From an uncultured Verrucomicrobiae bacterium (GTDB lineage: Bacteria; Verrucomicrobiota; Verrucomicrobiia; Chthoniobacterales; JAATET01), in the NCBI GenBank assembly GCA_963761705.1, contig CAVXHK010000003.1, positions 430,794-494,793 on the forward strand: 64,000 bases of DNA, written 5' to 3'. This document shows positions 28,695 to 38,915 of the stretch, piece by piece. Numbering within the stretch: the stretch's first letter is position 1; the number at the start of each line of letters is the position of its first letter. The notes under the pieces were generated by a model. It worked only from the letters and a program-made list of their open reading frames with translations, was not told where the DNA came from and ran no database searches. Made by a program: the position numbers and the translations under genes.

Positions 28695-29249
28695 TTAGCG
28701 GACTAACAGGTCTGGGGATTTGGATGCGTCGACCGTCAGCCAGGGTGTTTCGTAAACTGACTTTAGCATTCCGTTGACTTGAGGGAGCGCCTGCAAATCT
28801 TCGGGGAGCGCTTCACCCCACGACTTTTCACCGGAGATCCGGTCGCCGCGAAAAATTTCAACCTTGATTCCGAGCGGCTTCCCATACCTTTCAGTCGCGT
28901 TCGGGCTGATGTAGATGATGCCCCTTGAAGTCCCAGCCGGGACGTTCATGTACGTCAATCCACCAGCTAATAATCGCTTTTCATCGCCGCCCGCACCCTT
29001 CACAAGGACGTAAAAATTCATGGATACACCGTCAGTCCACTTATCGACGGTCTTAAAATCGCAAACAATTTTAGTCCAAGTAAGGTTTGATTCTGGAAGG
29101 CTTGCAGCAACGACTTCGATTTTTTCTATTTTGGTCGTTTCTTCATTGTCGATAGGGGCTTGAGCTCTCAGGTCCGAAGACGTTGAGAACACCCAAGCCA
29201 GACTGCTAGACAACAGGGCCAGCGATGGAAGGATTTTTCGATAGCTCAT
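28695..29249 (-). CDS. Amuc_1102-like pilus-associated exported protein (paralogue 1)
   Basis: Signal peptide; WTKIVCDFKT...LAGGLTYMNV...IYISPNATERYG...TPWL; ATGA overlap with the upstream large gene. Confidence 0.6.
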   Translation of the reverse strand: MSYRKILPSLALLSSSLAWVFSTSSDLRAQAPIDNEETTKIEKIEVVAASLPESNLTWTKIVCDFKTVDKWTDGVSMNFYVLVKGAGGDEKRLLAGGLTYMNVPAGTSRGIIYISPNATERYGKPLGIKVEIFRGDRISGEKSWGEALPEDLQALPQVNGMLKSVYETPWLTVDASKSPDLLVR

Positions 29250-31933
29250 TGGACAAATTGGCGGATAATTTTAGGAGTTAGCTGAGAGGAGGTGCCGCTG
29301 GCTGTTGGCAGCATCTGGATTTCGGTAACCAAGGTGACTCGGGACAGCGTTCTACCCAGATTTCTGGCTTCGCCAACTGAGTAGATGGTGAAAGTCTGCG
29401 ACGATGTCGTAAGCGCTGGGGTGACGTTTCCGACCAGTCGTTCTTTTTCGAATTCCGTCGTTCCGTCCGCAAGGAAAACTGGATCATCTAAGACATCAGA
29501 TGCCTTAAAAAATGGGCCTGCCGAATTCGCAGTCAACGCATTGATGAGCGGAAGCGGCTGGGCCAAGGAGGGGATTTCGGTCAAGAGTGCTTGGATCGTT
29601 GCGCGCTTTGGAGTGTTAGGATTGACGAGACCGTCCGTCTCGAACTGATCAAATGCGTTCAGCTGCCGGGGGCTGTCGCCAAGTTCAACGTAGTCGAGTA
29701 ATCGCCAATCTGCGGTTTCATAGGGTGACTCGAACCGCTCGGCATCGTGAAACATGGTCAACGTTTGCCAAGGTGCACCCGCGTGAATGAAGCCAAGCTC
29801 CGATAACGACCGCAAAGCGACATCACCGGGCTCCTTGCTCGGTTCGTACCCCTGTGCAAAAGTCGGAAAGTGGTTCTTTGTTCCTTCGGATCGCGACCAT
29901 TGCCCAGCTTGTGGACCCAACGTTTGCAGTTTGTCGCGATCGGGATTCGGCTGTGCAGCATACATGTCGTCACCGCTCGTGGGCGCATAGCCGGTTGCCG
30001 TTGAGAAGCCCGTCGTTCCAGACGGTGACCATCCTTCGGCTCGGAAATTCATTCGCGGATCACCTTGGTAGTGCCAGTCTATTTGACTCCATCCGAAACC
30101 AAGTTTGAACTTTGTCGGAGAAGCCTCTAACGGGAATGAGGTGGGGGACCACGAACGGGCCTTGTCCGCTTGCATGGACGCTTCTTGAACCAGGTATCGT
30201 TGACCGTTCAAGTAGTAGATTAAACGAGCGACTTCCGGGTAGGCCGTCAAGCTATTGAATCTTACCCCTCCCGCACTGATAGAATAGAACCCGTTAGCGA
30301 GGTCAAAGGAGCCGTGGTACGTCCGCGGGAAGAGGGAATATCCCTTCGTATCGCCTGGCGCTTTTGGCTCAAAATATTTTGTACCATTTCGAACCGCGTC
30401 GTCCGACGAATACCCGGACTGTTGTGCCAGCCAACTCCGCAGAATGTAGTTTTCTTGGATGTTGGGTCCTCGGTTACCGCCTTCAACGGTGCCGTCAAGT
30501 CGGAATTGGAGCTCAGCTTGATAGCGAGTGTCTGCACCAATTGTGATTCGAGCTCTTTGAGCCCACGGATAGCCGAGGCCAAACCAACCGAGGAGCCGCG
30601 AAGAAGAAACGAAGGAGCCATTCCCATTGAAGATGAAGCCTTGGCCGATGTAAATGATGTAGGGATGTCCACGGACTTCAGAAATCCCACCGTCAACATC
30701 GTCCCCGTGACGAGCCTCTAGCCCAAAGACGGTTGGACGAGGAGGGGGCGGTTGGAGTATGTGATTGTTATTCGGGTTGTTTGGAGAGGAGATCCCGGTG
30801 CCGGCTCCAGCGGGTTCTGGTCCCGGCGAACCATCCGTCGTCGGGATGATGTCTTCGTCAATATAGTCTAGGATATTCGCAACGATTTGTCGGGCTTGAG
30901 TCGGGTCCCCATTGCCGTCCAATTCTGGGAACAGCGTCCGTAAAATTTCAAGATTGCCGTAGCCCCAGTCGTTCTCTTCATTCGCCGGATAGTTCCCGTC
31001 CTCATTGAGTAGATTTTTGACCAGTTCGAACCGTTCACTGCTAGGACCCTGCTCAAGCGGAAGTTGAATATAGCTTTCCGAGAAAACCTCGTTCCCTCTT
31101 CGGTCCAAGGCGGTGTAGGTGCCGCCATCGAGGTATCGTTTCAGCCGGGTCAAATTGAGTTTTGGGTTACCCTCTGGAGTTAAGAGAGCTGAGGGCGAAT
31201 TAAGCGTTGCGTCGAAATCGGTGATAGGAGTTGGATTATCCGAGATGAAGTGATTGACCGTCTTTGGAGTCAACAGTTGGAGGTTGGACGGGAGGTCGGG
31301 ATCGGAACTTTGCGCTGTCGCGAAATTAGCGGCGAGCTTGTTGGAAAGGTCTAATCCGTTTCGGGAGAAGAGAGGGATCTCGGACAAACTCTCGAGTTTG
31401 TCACGGTTAGGGATGCCTGAAAAAACATTGAAGTTTTGCTTCGCGCTTCCCGCATCGAGCCAATACGCGAAGCGGGCAATCTCATCGCCATCCTCATCGA
31501 GCAGTTGTTTCCAAGCCGCTGTTCGGGTCGCTGACGTTCCTGCCGCCTGCGAACCAGACCCAACAACCTCTATAACGGTAGTTTCCCCGTTTTGTCCGGA
31601 TGAAAGCTCAATTGCAGTCTCCAACTCGTCTGAATCAAGAATTCCGACGCGCACCTCGGCGGTTTCCGTTGCAAGCCCGCGGTCTTTGTAGGTGACAACG
31701 TAATGGAAACGGGAATCCGCAAGACTATTGGTGAGCAGTGCTTCCGCATCGGCAAGCCCTGCTTCCGCCGCAAGTTCGGCGGTCTCTCGATTAAGGTAAC
31801 TCCGGGCAGTTTGCCTTTCGACCGTCATACTCTGGAGGAACGCCGTTACGATTATCGTAAGGACAACGACGGCTAGAAGAGTTGAGATGAGGGCAGAGCC
31901 AGAATGGAGGCGACGGTGGTCACGCATATACAA
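29246..31933 (-). CDS. Large PilX/GspK-like protein (Verru_Chthon cassette protein A-like)
   Basis: GSALISTLLAVVVL (no Glu5), A..AAEAGL, RFAYWLD...K.N, NILDYID.D, ELGFIH, C-terminal SQTFTIYSVGEA. Confidence 0.75.
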   Translation of the reverse strand: MYMRDHRRLHSGSALISTLLAVVVLTIIVTAFLQSMTVERQTARSYLNRETAELAAEAGLADAEALLTNSLADSRFHYVVTYKDRGLATETAEVRVGILDSDELETAIELSSGQNGETTVIEVVGSGSQAAGTSATRTAAWKQLLDEDGDEIARFAYWLDAGSAKQNFNVFSGIPNRDKLESLSEIPLFSRNGLDLSNKLAANFATAQSSDPDLPSNLQLLTPKTVNHFISDNPTPITDFDATLNSPSALLTPEGNPKLNLTRLKRYLDGGTYTALDRRGNEVFSESYIQLPLEQGPSSERFELVKNLLNEDGNYPANEENDWGYGNLEILRTLFPELDGNGDPTQARQIVANILDYIDEDIIPTTDGSPGPEPAGAGTGISSPNNPNNNHILQPPPPRPTVFGLEARHGDDVDGGISEVRGHPYIIYIGQGFIFNGNGSFVSSSRLLGWFGLGYPWAQRARITIGADTRYQAELQFRLDGTVEGGNRGPNIQENYILRSWLAQQSGYSSDDAVRNGTKYFEPKAPGDTKGYSLFPRTYHGSFDLANGFYSISAGGVRFNSLTAYPEVARLIYYLNGQRYLVQEASMQADKARSWSPTSFPLEASPTKFKLGFGWSQIDWHYQGDPRMNFRAEGWSPSGTTGFSTATGYAPTSGDDMYAAQPNPDRDKLQTLGPQAGQWSRSEGTKNHFPTFAQGYEPSKEPGDVALRSLSELGFIHAGAPWQTLTMFHDAERFESPYETADWRLLDYVELGDSPRQLNAFDQFETDGLVNPNTPKRATIQALLTEIPSLAQPLPLINALTANSAGPFFKASDVLDDPVFLADGTTEFEKERLVGNVTPALTTSSQTFTIYSVGEARNLGRTLSRVTLVTEIQMLPTASGTSSQLTPKIIRQFVQ

Positions 31934-31934
31934 T

Positions 31935-32780
31935 TCAGGGGGCTACGCTGGCTGCGGCTGCGGCATTGGCAGATTGGGCGACTGGTAAATCGACGCGGAT
32001 AACGAATGTCCTGGCATTTTCAAGGTAGGTAGGGGTGGTCGCGTCTTGCCATATCGCTTTATCATCACCCCACCTGTCGGCGGTGTCTTGATTTACGGCG
32101 ACGATTTTGATTTCGACAACGTTCGGCATCGGCTGGCTGGAGCTTTGATCAAACTCCGTCAAGGCAGGCCCAGATGTGACAGTCTTTGGCGTGACGATGA
32201 ATGCTGCGATGTTCCGCGCGAGCACCTCGACGGTCTTCGACGGGAGCGGGGTCGCGACCGTCCCATCCGTAAAGAACGGAGTTGATTGGCCGGTCGAAAT
32301 ATTCTCGAAAGTGTCATCGCTGCTGATGAAATATCGATAGAGGTTATACGAACCAGTTGCCGACGCCCCGGTCGAAGTATTTCCCCAAGCGAGGAAGTAG
32401 CCGACGGCGCAGAGATCGCCTTCACTGCCCTGCTCCTGAGCTGAGTCAGGCTTTGCGGTTACGAAAAACAAGCTGTTCGCGATGCCATCGGGAGCAGGTC
32501 CGCTCACAAGGTCTTCGATATCGGATCGAGATGTGCGCCAGTCGAAAAATTTCTCTTCGATCGACGGGTGGATGGATTTGAGATCAGCCGCGATAGTGTT
32601 GAATGCAGCGCGAGCCTCGCGGTAGCTGTCGACACGGTTTTCGCTGTCCCTCCAAAGGCGGGATGCGCCATCAACCATCGACAGAAGAATCAGGAGCAAA
32701 ACGGATAGGACCGTGATAGCAACGAGAAGCTCCAAGAGCGTAAAAGCCGTTCGACGGCATCCGGACGGAGGTCGGATCAT
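31935..32780 (-). CDS. Prepilin-type N-methylation protein, PilW/GspJ-like (cassette protein C-like)
   Basis: AFTLLELLVAITVL, REARAAF..IAADL, GDLCAVGYF. Confidence 0.8.
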   Translation of the reverse strand: MIRPPSGCRRTAFTLLELLVAITVLSVLLLILLSMVDGASRLWRDSENRVDSYREARAAFNTIAADLKSIHPSIEEKFFDWRTSRSDIEDLVSGPAPDGIANSLFFVTAKPDSAQEQGSEGDLCAVGYFLAWGNTSTGASATGSYNLYRYFISSDDTFENISTGQSTPFFTDGTVATPLPSKTVEVLARNIAAFIVTPKTVTSGPALTEFDQSSSQPMPNVVEIKIVAVNQDTADRWGDDKAIWQDATTPTYLENARTFVIRVDLPVAQSANAAAAASVAP

Positions 32781-33280
32781 TAGGGTGGAGGAGCGGAGGG
32801 AGGCGTTTTACGGCGAATTATTGACGAGAATGAATAGCTCGTACTCCCGGCGCTGTTAGCCGGAGCCTCCGCAGGTGTGACGATCTGGATGGATACTGAA
32901 GTCAACCCAACCGCTGGATCGTCTGGCGAAAAAGTGACAGATGCTAAAAACTTTGGACTGTCTGCATGGAGGGAGTCGGTTGCTGCCTCGCTTCCTTCGG
33001 CCGTTCCGTTCTCAAAAAAATTAAGATTCTCGGTTGTGCTGCTCGTCAGATTAGTGGCTTGTCCGTCACCGAAATAAGGAGGATTCGAATTGAGTCCTGA
33101 AAAAATCGAGCTTGCAATGAAGGCCACTTGAGTTTCGTCCTGGGCGGCCGTCGCCGCGTCCAAGGCAACTGGGAATAGACCTAAAATTCCAACTAGTGCG
33201 AATGAGATTATCCCGACCGCAAGAACGATCTCGATCAGTGAAAAAGCGGCTTGGCCCCGGCGGATCGCCCGGGCCATCAT
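32780..33280 (-). CDS. Prepilin-type protein, PilV/GspI-like (cassette protein B-like)
   Basis: AFSLIEIVLAVGIISFALVGILGLFP. Confidence 0.8.
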   Translation of the reverse strand: MMARAIRRGQAAFSLIEIVLAVGIISFALVGILGLFPVALDAATAAQDETQVAFIASSIFSGLNSNPPYFGDGQATNLTSSTTENLNFFENGTAEGSEAATDSLHADSPKFLASVTFSPDDPAVGLTSVSIQIVTPAEAPANSAGSTSYSFSSIIRRKTPPSAPPP

Positions 33281-33990
33281 CGTGTTTCGTTCGAGCTAGA
33301 CTTGAAGTCAGTCAAAGTTGTGATGTCGAGGCGCGCCCTACCGGTGAATCTTGCGAAAGCAATCCGTTCGAAATCGGACAACTTTGCTTGCGTCCCAGCT
33401 TCACCCCTCACGCCCTCGGTGATGAAGAGAGTCAGGTTTGCGTCATTTGCGCTTGGATACGAGATCGCTCCAGACGGGTTGAACTGGACGTAGGATAGCT
33501 TGCCAGCCTCGCCTGCTTCCAATCCTGGTGGCTCGTAGTTGCTCGGGAGCGATGCTGGTTTCGACAGAGTCGTCGGTGTGACAATGGTGTTAGCAAGTGA
33601 GTAGAGGAGAACTTTGTCTGGAAGATCGATCCATTTGGTCAGCTGGACGGGACCAGTGCCCGGAGATGTTGTTTCCCAAATAGGGCGATCTCGAATGACC
33701 ATGAGCGCGTCAGGATCCGGAAAAGTCCGACGGCGGAGAAGGACGTAGGTGTTGGCCCCAGATTCAAGTGCTGCAACCCGGGCTTGCTCGAAAGTGTTCA
33801 TCAAAGTCGTAACAGCTGCCTTTCGGCCGATCGTGCTGCCAAAGTTGCTCAACGAGGGAGCGAGGAGGCTGAGCATGACGACCATGATGGCCATGACGGC
33901 GATGAGCTCGACGAGGGAGAAGGCACCGCGATGGCCTCGGAGCCTGCACTGCAGGGCAACGTTGGAAGGTTCTGTTCGACCGAATGGCAT
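33277..33990 (-). CDS. Prepilin-type protein, FimT/GspH-like (cassette protein D-like)
   Basis: GAFSLVELIAVMAIM, EQARVAAL, VQFNPSG, FTGRAR. ATG 33990 has an AAGGAG ribosome-binding site upstream. Confidence 0.8.
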   Translation of the reverse strand: MPFGRTEPSNVALQCRLRGHRGAFSLVELIAVMAIMVVMLSLLAPSLSNFGSTIGRKAAVTTLMNTFEQARVAALESGANTYVLLRRRTFPDPDALMVIRDRPIWETTSPGTGPVQLTKWIDLPDKVLLYSLANTIVTPTTLSKPASLPSNYEPPGLEAGEAGKLSYVQFNPSGAISYPSANDANLTLFITEGVRGEAGTQAKLSDFERIAFARFTGRARLDITTLTDFKSSSNETR

Positions 33991-34267
33991 TCTCAACTCC
34001 TTGCAGGGTGTGGCGTGGGTCCGCAAAAGACAAAATGTGCCAACATTGTGACTTGATTCAAGTGATTGTTTGTCAGCGAAATACGGGTTGACGGGCGCGG
34101 GGTGTTCAAGCGGAGCTAGTTTCGGGCTTCTTGCCGACCAACTGGATCGCGGAACCCGAGAGGGCGGTCGGTGGTTGAACGGTGGTGTGAGCATGAAAAT
34201 CAGCAGCCGGTCGCTTTTTCTCCGAAGGCTCTTCAGTCGAAAAACAAGCGTGACTTGGAAACAACTC

Positions 34268-34283
34268 AGCACCCTCCGTGCCA
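34268..34283 (-). promoter_or_regulatory. Sigma-54-type promoter motif oriented toward the pilin cassette
   Basis: Minus strand reads TGGCACGGAGGGTGCT (GG-N10-GC), about 280 nt upstream of 33990. Confidence 0.5.
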
Positions 34284-34467
34284 AACGGGAATTTCGCGAG
34301 TGTCGCTGTTGCTCTGCGTTTGCAGGAATTTGCACGGTCAGCTGGAAGGCGGCGGTGATGTCGAATTGGGGGTTCGTTTGTTCAAGATACAGCCAAATTG
34401 AGGGCGGGCTGCGAAATTTCTTCGGTCTGGATCTTCCCGGCTATCAACAGCTACAAAAATCACTTCT

Positions 34468-34722
34468 ATGGGCATTCTTTCTTGGATCATTTTTGGCCTC
34501 ATCGCTGGGGCCGTCGCGAAACTCATCATGCCCGGGAAGGATCCGGGAGGTTGTATCATCACGATCATACTCGGCGTCGTTGGGGCCTCGGTTGGTGGCT
34601 GGATTGGGACGCTGTTGGGATTTGGCGGGGTGGATGGTTTCAACATCGGCAGCTTTGGTGTGGCGGTGTTGGGCGCGATCGTACTGCTTTTGATCTATCG
34701 CCTCGTTTTGGGTCGGAAGTAG
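34468..34722 (+). CDS. GlsB/YeaQ/YmgE family membrane protein
   Basis: MGILSWIIFGLIAGAVAKLIMPGKDPGG...GAIVLL. Confidence 0.92.
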   Translation: MGILSWIIFGLIAGAVAKLIMPGKDPGGCIITIILGVVGASVGGWIGTLLGFGGVDGFNIGSFGVAVLGAIVLLLIYRLVLGRK

Positions 34723-34769
34723 GGTCGCTGGGCGAGGGAATGCCTTCCCTGCCTTTGATTGCGGCGCGG

Positions 34770-35693
34770 TCAGACGTCCTTGGGGCGGTAGATGATGATG
34801 CCGGCTTGGTCGCTGGATCGCTTGAGGTAGTCCGTGATGGTGGTGTCGAGAATGACCTTGCGACCGAGGTCCCGGTTGGAGGTCGCGTGGAGGAATCGGG
34901 CGCGGTCCCCGTCGCGAACGATGAGGCCGACGTGCGAAGTGTAGCTGCCGTGCCAGGTGCTGGTGATGGCGACGACGTCGCCGGTGCGGAGTTGGTTCTC
35001 GATCCCGCGGACCTGGGCGCGGGGGATGTGGTAGACGGGAAGGGCGGAGACATCTTTCTGAATGCGGGCCATTTCCGGGAGGAGTGAGCGATCGCTGCGG
35101 AGGTAGCGGTAGCTCTTCCAGGCGGAGGTCATTTCAGTGATGTCGCGGCGAATGCGGACACCGCCGAGAGAGCGGGTGGGATTTTCGGACAGACCGCGCT
35201 GGGTGTTGTCGGCGAAGACTTCTTCGAGGAAGTGCATGCGTGACAGGTAACCGCCGGTGCAGCGGCCGTCGCGGTAGCGCTCGAGTTCGATCATGGCGAG
35301 GAGGTCCCGGGGTTCGTAGGGGGGTGCCTGGGCCTTGATCATGCGGGCGAAGGCGAGGGAGATCTCGTAGAAGGTCCAGCAGTCGAGGCCGTTGAAGTTG
35401 GCGGACGGAGCTTCGATCCGGTCGTCGATCTCGAGGGTGTAGTTGACGTAGGGGGTGCCGACGAGAGCCTGGCCGACCGTGGCGGTGCGCTCGCCGATGG
35501 GAAGGGCGCGCCAGTTTTCGCGAACGGCCCGGGCGACGAGTCGATTGAACTCATCCTCGCCCTTGAAGACGGTGCTGAGCGGGAGTCGGAGTGGCGGATT
35601 CCTCGGCGGGGTGGTGCCGGCGTGGACGGTGGCCGGGGAATTGGCGAGAAATGCGAAGAGGCCGGTGAGGAGGAGCGGCGGGAAATTTTTCAT
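34770..35693 (-). CDS. DUF1460 / N-acetylmuramoyl-L-alanine amidase-like (NlpC/P60 superfamily) exported protein
   Basis: Signal peptide; GTPYV..TLE, LDCWTFYE, RYRDG...Y.SR.HF, SHVGL, FLHATS. Confidence 0.8.
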   Translation of the reverse strand: MKNFPPLLLTGLFAFLANSPATVHAGTTPPRNPPLRLPLSTVFKGEDEFNRLVARAVRENWRALPIGERTATVGQALVGTPYVNYTLEIDDRIEAPSANFNGLDCWTFYEISLAFARMIKAQAPPYEPRDLLAMIELERYRDGRCTGGYLSRMHFLEEVFADNTQRGLSENPTRSLGGVRIRRDITEMTSAWKSYRYLRSDRSLLPEMARIQKDVSALPVYHIPRAQVRGIENQLRTGDVVAITSTWHGSYTSHVGLIVRDGDRARFLHATSNRDLGRKVILDTTITDYLKRSSDQAGIIIYRPKDV

Positions 35694-35808
35694 TCGAGGC
35701 GAAGAGGAAAAGAGTCGGTCGAGCGAGAGGATTTCGCAAGGGATGCGCGTCGGGCCTTGTCATTTTCGAGTGGGAGGTGGAGCATGATCGAAACCTCCTT
35801 TACGACTT

Positions 35809-36369
35809 ATGCCCGCAGAAAATTCCGGTAACTGGCAGCTCAAAAAATACGACGACGGCGAAATCTTTGGCCCGGTGAATTTCGGGAAGATCCTGGAGTG
35901 GGCGGGGACGGCGCAGATCGCTCCGCAGGACATGCTCTCGGAGGACGGTCTCGTCTGGACGAAAGCTCCGATGATCCCGGCACTCAAAATGGACTGGATC
36001 GTGAAACTGGACGAGGGGCACTACTACGGGCCGACGACGGTCGGGGCGTTGTTGCAGTTTTTGCAGAATTTCGAAATTTCAGAGAAGACGGTGGTGCTCG
36101 ATTGTTGCTCGGGTGAGGAGATGCCGTTCGGCGAGTGTGCCTTTTTCCCGAAGGAGCAGAAGGAGGTGACGACGGAGGACCTGATGGCGCGGGCGCCGTC
36201 GAAAGGGATCATCCGGCTGAGCTTGCAGAAGCGGATCCGGGAGTTGGAGGTGAATCTGCTCGAGAAACGGCGGCAGGTGGACCTGGCGGCGGATACGATT
36301 CATCAGCTCGAGAATCGAGTGCGGGAGCTGGAGGCGCGGCTTCGGGAAGTGCAGGGCTTCGGGAAGTAA
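35809..36369 (+). CDS. Hypothetical protein with two GYF_2-like 'GP' repeats and a C-terminal coiled coil
   Basis: EIFGPV...and HYYGPT...; heptad-like C-terminus. Confidence 0.65.
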   Translation: MPAENSGNWQLKKYDDGEIFGPVNFGKILEWAGTAQIAPQDMLSEDGLVWTKAPMIPALKMDWIVKLDEGHYYGPTTVGALLQFLQNFEISEKTVVLDCCSGEEMPFGECAFFPKEQKEVTTEDLMARAPSKGIIRLSLQKRIRELEVNLLEKRRQVDLAADTIHQLENRVRELEARLREVQGFGK

Positions 36370-36467
36370 CGGAAGTCACGAAGATTTCCGAACGCGGGTT
36401 GCCGAACTTCGGCACGAGGCTGGTGCCGTTCCTTGAAGTGTCGGTTGGCGGTGCCTATCAGTCTTCG

Positions 36468-36866
36468 ATGGAGCGGGTTTTTGTCTACGGGACGTTGAGA
36501 CGCGGAGATTGTCGGGATCTGACCGTCTCGTTCGGCGGGGGGCGGTTCGTTCGAGAGGGGAGGGTTCACGGGCGACTGTTTGATCTTGGGGAGTATCCGG
36601 GGTTGCGAGTCGATGCGGTGGCGGGCTGGGTGACGGGGGAGATTTTCGAGGTTTCGGAGGAGACGTTGGGGCGCTTGGATGAGCTGGAGGGATTCGACCC
36701 TGAGCGGCCAGCGGAGAGTGAGTATCTGCGGATTCGGGTGTCGGTAGCTGGTGGCGAGGCGGGGGAAGTTGTGGAGAGTTGGACCTACGAGATTGCGGAG
36801 CGGGTCTGCGTTGGGTGTCGGCGGATCGCGAGTGGGGATTGGTTGCTCGACCGGGCGGGGCGGTAG
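36468..36866 (+). CDS. Gamma-glutamylcyclotransferase family protein
   Basis: [25 protein letters not shown]. Start reassigned to ATG 36468. Confidence 0.88.
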   Translation: MERVFVYGTLRRGDCRDLTVSFGGGRFVREGRVHGRLFDLGEYPGLRVDAVAGWVTGEIFEVSEETLGRLDELEGFDPERPAESEYLRIRVSVAGGEAGEVVESWTYEIAERVCVGCRRIASGDWLLDRAGR

Positions 36867-36916
36867 GGAGGTTGGGCTTGCGTTTGGGGGGTGGGTCGAT
36901 TTTCCTCGTCGCACTT

Positions 36917-38902
36917 ATGAGCCTTGATTTTGATTCCCTTACTTTGGCCAGCCGCGACGCGCGGGGCCTCGCGATTGATGCCGTTGTGAAGTCGGCTTCC
37001 GGACACCTTGGGTTGCCCCTCGGGGCGACGGAGATCGGGGCGGTTCTCTACGGGCACGCGATGAAGCACAACCCGGCAGATCCGACTTGGATCAACCGGG
37101 ATCGCTTCATTTTGTCGGCGGGACACGGGAGCATGTTCCTTTACGCTTGGTTGCACCTGTCGGGCTATGGCGTGAGCCGGGAGGACGTGGCTGCGTTCCG
37201 CCAGCTGCACAGCAAGACGCCGGGACATCCGGAGCACTTCGAGACGCCGGGCGTCGAGGCGACGACGGGCCCGCTCGGGCAGGGCGTGGCGAACGCGGTG
37301 GGTTACGCGATTGCTTCGAAATTGGCCGAGGCGAAATTCAACACGGCGGAGCACGTTATTTTCGATCATCACGTCATTTGTCTGGCGGGCGACGGCTGTC
37401 TCCAGGAAGGCGTGGCTCAGGAAGCTTCGGCTCTCGGGGCTCACCTCGGCTTGGATAACCTGATTCTCTTTTACGATTCGAACAACGTGACGCTCGATGC
37501 GATGGGGCCGGTGTCGCAGAGCGAGGACACCGGGGCGCGCTACGCGGCTTACGGTTGGGACGTGCACGAGATCGACGGGCAGAACCTCAACGCCGTCGAG
37601 TCCGCCTTCGAGAAGGCGAAGGCGGCGACGTCGGGCAAGCCGCAATTCATCATCGCGAAGACGATGATCGGAAAGAGCATTCCGGAGGTCGAGGGCACGC
37701 AGAAGGCTCACGGTGAGGGTGGTGCGAAGTTCGCCGACTCGGCTCGAGAAGGGCTCGGACTCCCGGAGGAGAAATTCTTCGTCGCGCCGGAGACGGAGGC
37801 GTATTTCGCACGGCACCGGGAATCGTTGGTGGCGGACTACGACGAATGGACGAAGACGTTCGACGCTTGGAAGGCCGGGAACGCGGATCTGGCTCAGGAG
37901 CTGGCGGACGCGAAGGCGAACAAAGTGCCGGATCTCTCGAGCGTGATCCCGGAATTCGATCCGGAGGAGAAGCTGGCGACTCGCAAGGCGGGGAGCGCGA
38001 TCCTGCAAGCGGTCGCGAAGGCGATGCCGTTGGTCATCAGCGGAAGCGCGGATCTGCACGGCTCGACCCTCAACTACATCAAGGACGGTGGAAATTTTGA
38101 CCGCGAGGACCGGGGTGGGCGCAACTTCCACTTTGGCATCCGCGAGCACGCGATGTGTGGCATTCTCAACGGCATCGCTTACGATGGGATCTTCCGTCCG
38201 AGTGGCGCAACGTTCCTCGTCTTCAGCGATTACGCGCGGGGATCCATTCGTTTGGCGGCGCTATCGAATCTGCCGGTGGTTTACATCTTCACGCACGATT
38301 CGGTTGGCGTGGGTGAGGACGGACCGACGCACGAGCCGGTCGAGACGGTCGCGGCCTTGCGGGCGATCCCCAATCTGGACGTGATTCGCCCGGCGGATCC
38401 GGAGGAGACGGCTGGAGCGTTCGCGGCGGCCTTCGAGCGAGTGGATGGACCGACGATGCTGGTGCTCACGCGGCAGGGTGTGCCGACGATGAACGACGTG
38501 CCGGTCGCGGCTCGGCGCGAGGGTGCGATCACGGGTGGCTACATCGCCAAAAGGGAGACTGGCGAGCTGGAGACGATTCTCATGGCTAGCGGTAGCGAGG
38601 TGCAGCACGCGATGAAGGCGGCCGAAACGTTGGGCGCAGGGACGCGAGTTGTCTCGATCCCTTGTTTCGAGCGGTTCCGGCGTCAGTCGGCGGCTTACCA
38701 GGAAGAGGTGCTGCCGAGCGCTTGCCGGAAACGAGTGAGCATCGAGGCGGGCGTGTCGGATCCGTGGTTCCGATTCGTGGGCTTGGATGGGAAGGTCGTT
38801 GCAATCGACCGGTTTGGTCTGAGCGCCCCGGGTGGAACCGTGATGAAGGAGCTGGGAATGACGGCCGAGAGCGTCGTCGAAGCGGCTCGGTCCTTGATCT
38901 GA
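36917..38902 (+). CDS. tkt: Transketolase
   Basis: [55 protein letters not shown]. Confidence 0.97.
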   Translation: MSLDFDSLTLASRDARGLAIDAVVKSASGHLGLPLGATEIGAVLYGHAMKHNPADPTWINRDRFILSAGHGSMFLYAWLHLSGYGVSREDVAAFRQLHSKTPGHPEHFETPGVEATTGPLGQGVANAVGYAIASKLAEAKFNTAEHVIFDHHVICLAGDGCLQEGVAQEASALGAHLGLDNLILFYDSNNVTLDAMGPVSQSEDTGARYAAYGWDVHEIDGQNLNAVESAFEKAKAATSGKPQFIIAKTMIGKSIPEVEGTQKAHGEGGAKFADSAREGLGLPEEKFFVAPETEAYFARHRESLVADYDEWTKTFDAWKAGNADLAQELADAKANKVPDLSSVIPEFDPEEKLATRKAGSAILQAVAKAMPLVISGSADLHGSTLNYIKDGGNFDREDRGGRNFHFGIREHAMCGILNGIAYDGIFRPSGATFLVFSDYARGSIRLAALSNLPVVYIFTHDSVGVGEDGPTHEPVETVAALRAIPNLDVIRPADPEETAGAFAAAFERVDGPTMLVLTRQGVPTMNDVPVAARREGAITGGYIAKRETGELETILMASGSEVQHAMKAAETLGAGTRVVSIPCFERFRRQSAAYQEEVLPSACRKRVSIEAGVSDPWFRFVGLDGKVVAIDRFGLSAPGGTVMKELGMTAESVVEAARSLI

Positions 38903-38915
38903 AAAAGGTAATTTC

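Noticed and set aside
34027-34042. Second sigma-54 candidate TGGCACATTTTGTCT near the cassette start
   Set aside because: It lacks the -12 GC at the required spacing.
34290-34340. c-di-GMP-I riboswitch-like GCAAA...ACGCA words upstream of the cassette
   Set aside because: The spacing is too short and there is no GNRA-capped P2 stem.
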